DNA of 64,000 nt, taken from a bacterium. GTDB lineage: Bacteria; Patescibacteriota; Minisyncoccia; Minisyncoccales; CG1-02-41-26. The stretch spans positions 79,807-143,806 of the forward strand of contig JAUVXX010000002.1 of NCBI GenBank assembly GCA_030603395.1, written 5' to 3'. A program made the position numbers and the translations under genes. Under the pieces are notes generated by a model. It was not told the origin of the DNA, did not search any database, and worked only from the letters and a program-made list of their open reading frames with translations. Shown here piece after piece: positions 25,077-32,574 of the stretch (the stretch's first letter is position 1; the number at the start of each line of letters is the position of its first letter).

Positions 25077-27546
25077 GTTTAATGCTTAGTTTGAAGATGG
25101 TTCTTGAAATCTGAGAATCAATTAAATCTTGAAGTTCTCTGAAGATTTTGTAAGCCCCTGTTTTGTATTCTACCAGGGGATCTCTGCCGCCAAAAGCGCG
25201 CAGCCTCACCGAATCTTTCAAACGTTCCATGGTTTCTAATTGGTCCTTCCAGAAAAAATCTAAAGTCCTCAAACAAACGAATCTGCCGACTTTCTCCATG
25301 TTCTCTAACCCTTCTTTTTCTGCTTTGGCCTCAAACGCTTTTTCTGCTAAATCGTTTAAATAATCTAAAATTTGTTGACTTTGGCGAAACTCCCCCAGCT
25401 TGGCATGAACGGAGTTTACCATCGGGAAAATGGTCTTTATTTCTTCAAAGACTTCTTCAAGATGCCAATCTTCGGGAGAGGTTGAAGGACAATGAAAATC
25501 AACAACTTTTTTAATCTCTCTTTCAATAATTTCGAGAAGATGTTTTTTGAGTTCCTGGTAGGAGTATTTTAAAATCTTTTTTCTTTGACGGTAAATAACC
25601 TGGCGGTGTTTGGAAATCACGTCATCATATTCCAAAAGATGGTGTCTCAAGTCAAAATTTAATCCCTCAACCCTGGCTTGAGCTTTTTCAATGGCTCCAG
25701 ATAAGATTTTAGCTTCAATGGGCTGTGTCTCTGGAATTTTGAGAATCTCCATCAAAGATTTTATTCGCTCTGAACCGAAGGTTCGCAAAAGCTCATCCTC
25801 CAAAGAAATAAAGAATTGAGAAGAGCCGAGATCTCCCTGTCTGCCGGCCCTGCCTCGCAATTGATTGTCAATGCGCCGCGCTTCGTGTCTTTGAGCCCCA
25901 ATAACATGCAAACCACCCAGTGTCTTAACTTTCTGGGCTTCCTCCGTATCGGGAGGATTACCTCCCAAAATTATATCAACCCCTCTGCCCGCCATATTGG
26001 TAGCTACGGTTATCTGTCCGAGCTTGCCGGCCTGGGCAATAATCTGACCTTCTCTCTCGTGCTGCTTAGCATTCAAAATCTGATGGCTGATACCTTCTCT
26101 TGCCAAAAGTTTACCCAGATATTCATTTTTTTCAATGGAGGTCGTGCCAACCAAGATGGGTTGACGTTTCTGGTGCCGAGTTCTTATTTCCTCAACAATG
26201 GCTTTAAATTTTCCTTTTTCTGTTTTGTAAACCCTGTCCGGCAAATTTTGCCTTTGCATGGGAACTGCCGTCGGCACGATAATCACTTCAAGCCCGTAAA
26301 CTTTGTCAAATTCTTCGGCGGAGGTGGCTGCGGTACCGGTCATGCCAGCCAATTTCTGATACATTCTGAAATAATTCTGAAAAGTAATGGTGGCTAAAGT
26401 TCTTGATTCTGGCTGGACTTGGACTCCCTCTTTGGCCTCAACGGCCTGATGAAGCCCGCCTGAATACCTTCTGCCGGGCAGCAATCTTCCGGTAAACTCA
26501 TCAACAATGATTACTTTGCCGTCTTTAACAACATAATCTTTGTCTTTTTGAAAAAGAACCTCTGCCCTCAAGGCCTGCTCTAAATAGTGGAGATACTTCA
26601 TGCCTCTTTCTTGATAAATATTTTTTACTCCCAGAATTTTCTCAATTTTATTAACGCCTTCGTCGGTTAAAGTGGCAACTTTCATTTTTTCATCAATATT
26701 GTAATCAAGATTTTCTTTCAGTTGAGGAGTAATCCCGGAAAATTCCCGGTACATACCTGAGGCTTCAAAATCCGGCTGGGAAATTATTAAGGGGGTTCTG
26801 GCTTCATCAATTAAGATAGAGTCAACCTCATCAATGATGGCAAAATTAAATTCTCTCTGAGCTTGGTCTCTTGCAGAATGGACCATGTTGTCTCTCAAAT
26901 AATCAAAACCAAATTCATTATTTGTTCCATAGGTGATATCGGCCAAGTAGGCCTCTTTTCTTGAGCAGGGCCTTAAGAAATCCTCAACCACCGTAAATCC
27001 TCCCATCTCATCTCGAATTTTCTCCTCCTCCTCGGTTGGCTTTTTGTAATCCGGGTCGTATAAAAAAGATTGCTGGTGATTTAAACAACTAATACTCAGG
27101 CCGAGCATTTGATAAATCTGACCCATCCAGACGGTGTCACGTCTGGCCAGATAATCATTGACGGTCACTAAATGACATCCCTTTTCTGTTAAGGCATTCA
27201 AATACAAAGACAGGGTGGCGGCTAAGGTTTTTCCCTCACCGGTTTTCATTTCAGTAATTTTTCCCTGATGCAAGACAATCCCTCCTATTAGTTGAACGTC
27301 AAAATGGCGTTGGTGTAAGGTTCTCTTGGCTACTTCCCTGACCATTGAGAAGGCCTCCGGTAAAATATCGTTCAAAGATTCGCCTTTTTGCAGCCTTTCT
27401 TTGAACTCTTCTGTCTTCTCTTTAATCTGGGCATCAGAAAAATGCTCGAACTTTGGTTCAAGCAAATTTATTTCGTCAACCAATGGCTGGAGTCTCCTTA
27501 AGTATTTTTCATTGGGGTCACCAAAAAGTTTTGAAAAAAAACTCAT
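25066..27546 (-). CDS. secA: Preprotein translocase ATPase SecA (no C-terminal SEC-C tail)
   Basis: MKTGEGKTL, DEVDSILIDEARTPLIIS, ATNMAGRG and RRIDNQLRGRAGRQGD. Confidence 0.97.
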   Translation of the reverse strand: MSFFSKLFGDPNEKYLRRLQPLVDEINLLEPKFEHFSDAQIKEKTEEFKERLQKGESLNDILPEAFSMVREVAKRTLHQRHFDVQLIGGIVLHQGKITEMKTGEGKTLAATLSLYLNALTEKGCHLVTVNDYLARRDTVWMGQIYQMLGLSISCLNHQQSFLYDPDYKKPTEEEEKIRDEMGGFTVVEDFLRPCSRKEAYLADITYGTNNEFGFDYLRDNMVHSARDQAQREFNFAIIDEVDSILIDEARTPLIISQPDFEASGMYREFSGITPQLKENLDYNIDEKMKVATLTDEGVNKIEKILGVKNIYQERGMKYLHYLEQALRAEVLFQKDKDYVVKDGKVIIVDEFTGRLLPGRRYSGGLHQAVEAKEGVQVQPESRTLATITFQNYFRMYQKLAGMTGTAATSAEEFDKVYGLEVIIVPTAVPMQRQNLPDRVYKTEKGKFKAIVEEIRTRHQKRQPILVGTTSIEKNEYLGKLLAREGISHQILNAKQHEREGQIIAQAGKLGQITVATNMAGRGVDIILGGNPPDTEEAQKVKTLGGLHVIGAQRHEARRIDNQLRGRAGRQGDLGSSQFFISLEDELLRTFGSERIKSLMEILKIPETQPIEAKILSGAIEKAQARVEGLNFDLRHHLLEYDDVISKHRQVIYRQRKKILKYSYQELKKHLLEIIEREIKKVVDFHCPSTSPEDWHLEEVFEEIKTIFPMVNSVHAKLGEFRQSQQILDYLNDLAEKAFEAKAEKEGLENMEKVGRFVCLRTLDFFWKDQLETMERLKDSVRLRAFGGRDPLVEYKTGAYKIFRELQDLIDSQISRTIFKLSIKHET

Positions 27547-27947
27547 ATTCCTTCTTCTCTGATTCTTCCCTTGCGGTAAAATCTTGCATGCGGGGAAAGT
27601 TTTAAATCTTTTTTTATTTTTCTCTGGGCTCTTTCAGTTTTTTGGATTTGGGATTTCTTATATTTTTCTAACAATCTTTGAAGTTCATCTTTTACCTCAA
27701 CAATGACCATTCTTAAATCTTTTCCCTCAGCAGTACTTCTCACCCCTTTACCAGGCAACGGAATTTGCGCCTCAGCGTAAAAAACATTTCCCTTCTGGTG
27801 ATGATAAGAGGGTTTGCCAACCTCCACGTAGGCCTTAATCACCAAAATACCTTCCAAAAATTTTTCAAGCTCTCTAAATTTTTGAATAATAAAACTTTTT
27901 AGGCTTTCGGACAACTTTATGTTGGTTGCCTTAATAATTACTCTCAT
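27543..27947 (-). CDS. hpf: Ribosome hibernation factor HPF/RaiA
   Basis: IKATNIKLSESLK..I..K, HHQKG.VF.AE and DELQR.L.KYK; hpf-secA order. Confidence 0.85.
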   Translation of the reverse strand: MRVIIKATNIKLSESLKSFIIQKFRELEKFLEGILVIKAYVEVGKPSYHHQKGNVFYAEAQIPLPGKGVRSTAEGKDLRMVIVEVKDELQRLLEKYKKSQIQKTERAQRKIKKDLKLSPHARFYRKGRIREEGI

Positions 27948-27976
27948 ATGTTAGAAATATTAGCAGAAAACCTTTT

Positions 27977-28016
27977 AAAAAACAACCGAGCAGATAAAGT
28001 GTTATCTGCTCGGTTG
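27977..28016 (-). terminator. Intrinsic terminator after the basic micro-ORF
   Basis: Perfect 15-bp stem CAACCGAGCAGATAA-CACT-TTATCTGCTCGGTTG followed by TTTTTT. Confidence 0.85.
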
Positions 28017-28037
28017 AGAAGAATTCTACAAAATCTC

Positions 28038-28112
28038 TTATCTTTTCTTTCTTTTTCGGGTGGTCTTCTTTTTTAAAGCTGCCTTTTTCCTGGCTTTTTT
28101 TCTCTTAACCAT
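28038..28112 (-). CDS. 24-aa Lys/Arg-rich microprotein (not in the ORF track)
   Basis: Manual translation MVKRKKARKKAALKKKTTRKRKKR*; a strong terminator follows about 20 nt later. Confidence 0.65.
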   Translation of the reverse strand: MVKRKKARKKAALKKKTTRKRKKR

Positions 28113-28121
28113 TTTTTTTTT

Positions 28122-28163
28122 GAGATCCTTCGGATTCTATCCTCAGGATGGCGCTGTGCGCCA
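28122..28163. repeat. Family B palindromic mini-element (intergenic)
   Basis: Minus strand TGGCGC-ACA-GCGCCA-TCCTGAG-GATAGAATCC-GAAGGATCTC; same layout as 4489-4525. Confidence 0.6.
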
Positions 28164-28257
28164 CTTTTAAATCTTGGCAAATAGTCGACTTTCTGAAATC
28201 CTATCCGCCTCAAAACTTTTATATTCTTATTTTATTATTTCATTTCAGAAAACAATG

Positions 28258-29148
28258 TCAAGCATTAAAGTATTGAATTTCTTCTTTGAGCTCAACGTTA
28301 AATTTATTTTTTACTTCTTTTTTGATTAAATTTATCAAACTCAAAACGTCTTTTGCCTGAGCTCCATCTAAATTAACGATAAAATTAGCGTGTTTCTCAG
28401 AAATCATAGCTCCCCCGCTTTTTCTTCCCTTCAACCCGCATTTTTCAATTAATTCCCCGGCTGAAACCCCTGAAGGATTCTTAAAAATACAGCCAGCCGA
28501 AGGAAATTTTAGAGGATGATTTTTCTCTCGGTAATCTAAAAAATGTTTTATCTCTTGCTCAATTTCCTTTGCCTTTCCCGGCTTCAGTTGGAGGATACAA
28601 GAAAGGATGATAAGATTTTTGTTTTTTTTAAAGATAGTTTCTTTGTAGCCAAAGTTGCAACTTTTTGCTTCAATATTTTTAATTTTTGATTCAGAGACAT
28701 CAAATACCTCTACACTTTTTACAACATCTGCCATCGAGTTGTCAAAAGCGGCAACGTTATTGTGAACTGCTCCTCCGACTGTGCCTGGGATGCCAGCCGC
28801 CCATTCAAGACCGGTCAAATTATTTTTTGCTGCCAATTTCACCAAATCACCTAATTCTGCTCCTGTCTCAGCTTCAATAATTTTGACATTTGACATTTTG
28901 TTTTGACATTTGACATTTGACATTTGACATTTTATCACTAATCCATTATATCCCTTATCCGAAACCAATAAATTGCTTCCTCCTCCCAAAATAAAAAAGG
29001 GCAACTTAGCGCTTTGGGCAAACTTTATTGCCTTTATTAATTCTTCTTTGCTTTTAGCTTGAAAAAAATACTTCGCCCTTCCCCCAATTTTAAACGTTGT
29101 ATAATTTTTTAACGGGATATTTTTCTGAATTCCCGGAAGAAGTTTCAT
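28258..29148 (-). CDS. murB: UDP-N-acetylenolpyruvoylglucosamine reductase
   Basis: TTFKIGG.A, GGGSNLL, GIPGTVGGA, PSAGCIFKNP and HANFIVN. Confidence 0.96.
   Translation of the reverse strand: MKLLPGIQKNIPLKNYTTFKIGGRAKYFFQAKSKEELIKAIKFAQSAKLPFFILGGGSNLLVSDKGYNGLVIKCQMSNVKCQNKMSNVKIIEAETGAELGDLVKLAAKNNLTGLEWAAGIPGTVGGAVHNNVAAFDNSMADVVKSVEVFDVSESKIKNIEAKSCNFGYKETIFKKNKNLIILSCILQLKPGKAKEIEQEIKHFLDYREKNHPLKFPSAGCIFKNPSGVSAGELIEKCGLKGRKSGGAMISEKHANFIVNLDGAQAKDVLSLINLIKKEVKNKFNVELKEEIQYFNA
28882..28932. repeat. AAATGTC heptamer array translated in-frame in murB
   Basis: 4 units, a 6-nt spacer and 2 more units; encodes KCQMSNVKCQNKMSNVK; same unit as the 7990-8040 array. Confidence 0.9.
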
Positions 29149-29169
29149 TGGAATTTAAATCTAAAATAA

Positions 29170-29228
29170 TGGGCCGGGAGGGTTGACCTCCAATTCTAGG
29201 TCTTTAGTGAGGACCAGCTCCCGACCCA
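29170..29228 (-). ncRNA. Structured RNA (5' leader of murB or a small RNA), unidentified
   Basis: 11-bp closing stem UGGGUCGGGAG/CUCCCGGCCCA, with a G-U pair possible only on the minus strand; inner GGUC/GACC hairpin; starts 5 nt after a TATAAT. Confidence 0.55.
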
Positions 29229-29229
29229 G

Positions 29230-29262
29230 TTCTATTATAGAATATTTTAAAGTATAATAGAA
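29230..29262. promoter_or_regulatory. Back-to-back -10 boxes in an inverted repeat (divergent promoters)
   Basis: TTCTATTATA-13 bp-TATAATAGAA gives one TATAAT on each strand. Confidence 0.6.
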
Positions 29263-29271
29263 GATAGAAAA

Positions 29272-30405
29272 ATGTATTTTACTCATCCTCAAATAAAGAT
29301 AACCGGGGAAAATTTGAAAAAAATTTTCTCAAGTTTTCTGAAAAAACCTGTCCAGCAAGCCGCTCAAAAACAGCTTTCTTATTACTTCCCGGAAAAGAAG
29401 TTTTTGTTTACTGACATGGGAAGAACCAGCTTTCGTTTGATTATTGAGAAATTAAATTTAAAAAACTCCCAAATGCTGATGCCAGCTTACATCTGCGATA
29501 TTTTTTATCCGATTCTGAAAAAATACCACATCAAGCCCGTCTTTTTAGACATTGATTTAAAAACTTTTAATATTAACCCGGAAGAGATTACCCAAAAAAT
29601 CACTCCCCAAACAAGAGCAATTCTTATCAGTCACACCTATGGTCTGCCAGCCAATTTAGAAAAGTTACTTGGAGTAGCCAAACAACACAATCTCTTGGTT
29701 ATTGAAGATTGCGCCCATGCTTTCGGGGCAAAGGAGCAGGGAAAATACGTTGGTAATTTTGGTGACGTCAGCTTCTTCAGTTTATACAAGCAATTTCCCA
29801 GCTTAAGAGGAGGCCTTTTGGTCTTTGAGAAAAACCTTGAAACAAGTTTAGCCAAAACTTCTTTTTCTTTCCGTGATTTTCTCTCTTTTTTGAATTGTTT
29901 TCCTTTTTTCAGCTTCTTCTTCAAGAAATTTGGTTCGGAAATCGCTCCAAAAATGCTCAGGAAAGAAAAAACCGAAAGACCTTCTCAAATCAATAGAGTT
30001 TCTTTTAATCTTTTTCTGGCTTTTTTAAAGGATTTTGAAAGAGATTTAAAAAGAAGAGTTGAGCTTGCCTCTTATTTTCAAGAAGAGCTTAAAAAATTGG
30101 GTTTTGAAACCCAAGAAGCTAAGAATAATGTTTTTTGCTATCTGTCGGCTCTGGTGCCCCTTAACTTAGACCGAGATAAATTAGTTAAAGATTTAAGAAA
30201 ATATAAAGTATTCGCCACCAGAATCTGGCACACTCCGATTATTCTGAATAAAGAGGTTCGGAAAGAATATAAGATTAATCTCTCCGAATTTAAGAACACG
30301 GTTGCTACAGCTCAAAGAATTATCAACTTTCCTTTGCAGAATTATTATAATAAAAAAGATATTGAAAAGATGGTTGGTATTTTGAAAAAGGTGTTAAAGA
30401 ATTAA
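29272..30405 (+). CDS. DegT/DnrJ/EryC1/StrS-family PLP-dependent aminotransferase
   Basis: MGRTS, PAYIC, HTYG, IEDCAHA and FFSLYK (PLP lysine). Confidence 0.85.
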   Translation: MYFTHPQIKITGENLKKIFSSFLKKPVQQAAQKQLSYYFPEKKFLFTDMGRTSFRLIIEKLNLKNSQMLMPAYICDIFYPILKKYHIKPVFLDIDLKTFNINPEEITQKITPQTRAILISHTYGLPANLEKLLGVAKQHNLLVIEDCAHAFGAKEQGKYVGNFGDVSFFSLYKQFPSLRGGLLVFEKNLETSLAKTSFSFRDFLSFLNCFPFFSFFFKKFGSEIAPKMLRKEKTERPSQINRVSFNLFLAFLKDFERDLKRRVELASYFQEELKKLGFETQEAKNNVFCYLSALVPLNLDRDKLVKDLRKYKVFATRIWHTPIILNKEVRKEYKINLSEFKNTVATAQRIINFPLQNYYNKKDIEKMVGILKKVLKN

Positions 30406-30490
30406 AGCAAAAAGCTTTGGAAATCCCCAAAGCTTTTCGCCGACCGTATGAATCGAGGTATCATCCCGAAGGATGATTCGGTCCTCACTT
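30404..30490 (-). ncRNA. Candidate stand-alone small RNA (~85 nt)
   Basis: Lies between a consensus promoter and a terminator with no plausible ORF; AUCAUCC-UUCG-GGAUGAU hairpin plus GAGG/CCUC and GACCG/CGGUC pairings. Confidence 0.6.
30407..30440. terminator. Probably bidirectional intrinsic terminator
   Basis: AAAAGCTTTGG-AAATCC-CCAAAGCTTTT between convergent transcripts. Confidence 0.75.
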
Positions 30491-30495
30491 CGCCA

Positions 30496-30524
30496 ATCTT
30501 AGCAAATTACTCTATCTTTGTCAA
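30496..30524 (-). promoter_or_regulatory. Sigma70-type promoter of the candidate sRNA
   Basis: TTGACA-17 bp-TAAGAT with a TG extension; the -35 box overlaps the folD stop codon. Confidence 0.7.
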
Positions 30525-31324
30525 CCCTTTTTAACTAAGCGGGAAAGGTTTTTAAAAATCATGGCTACTAAAATGGGGCCAGTTCCTCCGGGGGTGGGAG
30601 TGAATAATTTAGCTTTTTTTGATGCCTGGGGACTAACATCCCCATAAATTTTTCCATTCTTGACATCAAAGCCAAAATCAATAACCACTGCTCCCGGTTT
30701 AACCCAACTTTCTGGAATTAAATTTGCTTTACCTACCCCAGAAACTAAAATGTCAGCCGTTTTAATTAATCTCTCTTTTTCTTTTTTTGGAGTATCTTTT
30801 CCGACGACAAAAATATTCCGGGCGAGAACCTGGTCTTTTAACCAACGATATATGGGTTTTCCCACCAATCTTCCATAACCTGTCAAGAGAATTTTTTTGT
30901 TAGTGGGATTAATTTGATATCTCTCAAAAATAAATCTAACCACCTCTACGGTGGGCGCTAAGACTGGGGAGTGGGACAGAAGAGCATCTACGTCTTTTTG
31001 AGGAGGAAGGACTTTTAAGATTTCAGTTAAATTAAATTTCTGAGGTAAGGGTAACTGAATGATTATCCCAGTTATTAATTCAGCCTGGCTGAGCTTTTTG
31101 AGTTCTTCAGCTAATTCTTCGGTTGAAATTTCAGGAGAAAATTTATAAATTTTAAGTTCCACCCCTACTGAATCAGCCATCCGCTTTTTTTGTTCTAAGA
31201 AAGATATGCTGGCAGGATTTTCTCCTACGGTAACCGCTGCTAATTTTACCTTTTTAAACTTTTTAAACTCTTTCTTTAACTGAGCGGTTAATTCTTTGGC
31301 CAATTTTCTACCATGGATAATCAT
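30521..31324 (-). CDS. folD: Methylenetetrahydrofolate dehydrogenase/cyclohydrolase
   Basis: GIIIQLPLP, KDVD, G.GRLVGKP, VIDFG, GDV and TPTPGGTGP. Confidence 0.93.
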   Translation of the reverse strand: MIIHGRKLAKELTAQLKKEFKKFKKVKLAAVTVGENPASISFLEQKKRMADSVGVELKIYKFSPEISTEELAEELKKLSQAELITGIIIQLPLPQKFNLTEILKVLPPQKDVDALLSHSPVLAPTVEVVRFIFERYQINPTNKKILLTGYGRLVGKPIYRWLKDQVLARNIFVVGKDTPKKEKERLIKTADILVSGVGKANLIPESWVKPGAVVIDFGFDVKNGKIYGDVSPQASKKAKLFTPTPGGTGPILVAMIFKNLSRLVKKG

Positions 31325-31336
31325 AAAAAGAAAGGG

Positions 31337-32566
31337 TTAATAAATGGGAAATTTTTGACAAAGTTCCTCCACTTCTTCTCGGATTTGCTGGGGGTTTTCC
31401 TTTTTGGTAATAACTCTATTAATCCAAACCGCAATCTGTTTAACCTCTTTTTCTTTCATTCCTCGGAAAGTAATTGAGGGAGTGCCCAGCCTAATACCTG
31501 AGGGACTGTAGGGGTTTTTATCTTGAGGAATAGAATTCCGATTAGCTAATATTCCTGCTTTTTCCAATAACTTTTCTGCTTCCTGGCCTGAAATATCTTT
31601 ATTTCGTAAGTTTACCAACATTAAGTGGGTATCGGTACCATCTCCCACTAACTTAAATCCAAGACTCATTAGATTCTCAGCTAAAACCTTGGCACTCTTT
31701 ACAATTTGATGCTGGGAGGTTCTAAATTCATCGGTTTGGGCAATTTTTAAAGCCAGGGCTATAGCCGCAATTTTATTATTATGAGGTCCTCCCTGAAGCC
31801 CGGGGAAAATAGTTCTATTAATCTTCTCAGCTATTTTCTTTTTAGCAAAAACTATTGCTGCTCGGGGACCATTTAAGGTTTTGTGAGTAGTGGTAGTAAC
31901 CACATCAGCATGCAGAAAGGGAGAAGCGTGCTGAGAAGCAGCAACCAGGCCAGCAATATGAGAAATATCAGCTAGGTGCCACGCTCCCACCTTTTTAGCA
32001 ATTTCTCCAAATCTTTGAAAATCTACTCGATGGGGGAAGGCCGAGAAACCAGAGACAATAATTTTTGGCTGGGAAGCCTCTGCTATTTTCTCTATCTGGT
32101 CAAAATCTAAGTGGCCGTCTGAGCCCACCTCATATTTTACTGAGTTAAATATTCTCCCTGACAAACTCACCTTATGGCCGTGAGATAAATGACCCCCGGA
32201 AGATAAACTCATTCCCAAAATAGTATCTCCCGGATTCAATAAACCAAAATAAACCGCTAAATTAGCTGGAGTCCCGGAGAGACATTGAACATTTACCTGC
32301 CAGTTCTCCCCCGCCCCAAATACTTTCTTGGCTCTCCCTTGAGCTAATTTTTCTATCTTATCGTAATATTCATTACCGGGATAATATCTCTTCCCCGGCT
32401 CTCCTTCTGAGTATTTATTAACTAAAGGTGAACCCAAAACTTGAAGTACTTCTGGGGGAACTAGACATTCAGAAGGAATTAAATCCAGAGTCTTCTGTTG
32501 CCTTGCTATTTCTGAGGCAATTAATTCAGCTAAGGTGGGGTCAATTTTTTTTAATTTTTCAACCAT
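31337..32566 (-). CDS. glyA: Serine hydroxymethyltransferase
   Basis: LIPSE, NKYSEG.PGKRYY, GGHLSHG, TTTTHKTL.GPR and FPGLQGGPH. Confidence 0.97.
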   Translation of the reverse strand: MVEKLKKIDPTLAELIASEIARQQKTLDLIPSECLVPPEVLQVLGSPLVNKYSEGEPGKRYYPGNEYYDKIEKLAQGRAKKVFGAGENWQVNVQCLSGTPANLAVYFGLLNPGDTILGMSLSSGGHLSHGHKVSLSGRIFNSVKYEVGSDGHLDFDQIEKIAEASQPKIIVSGFSAFPHRVDFQRFGEIAKKVGAWHLADISHIAGLVAASQHASPFLHADVVTTTTHKTLNGPRAAIVFAKKKIAEKINRTIFPGLQGGPHNNKIAAIALALKIAQTDEFRTSQHQIVKSAKVLAENLMSLGFKLVGDGTDTHLMLVNLRNKDISGQEAEKLLEKAGILANRNSIPQDKNPYSPSGIRLGTPSITFRGMKEKEVKQIAVWINRVITKKENPQQIREEVEELCQKFPIY

Positions 32567-32574
32567 ATATTTTT

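Noticed and set aside
27948..28257. raiA-motif RNA upstream of hpf
   Set aside because: The space is explained by a terminator, a micro-ORF and a mini-repeat; no long GC-rich multistem is visible. An Rfam scan would settle it.
29170..29228. A true tRNA or tmRNA
   Set aside because: It is too short, with no TTCRA loop, no proper D or anticodon arms and no CCA; kept only as an unidentified structured RNA.
30404..30490. ZTP or THF riboswitch linked to folD/glyA
   Set aside because: It lies downstream of those genes and lacks the consensus motifs as I know them.
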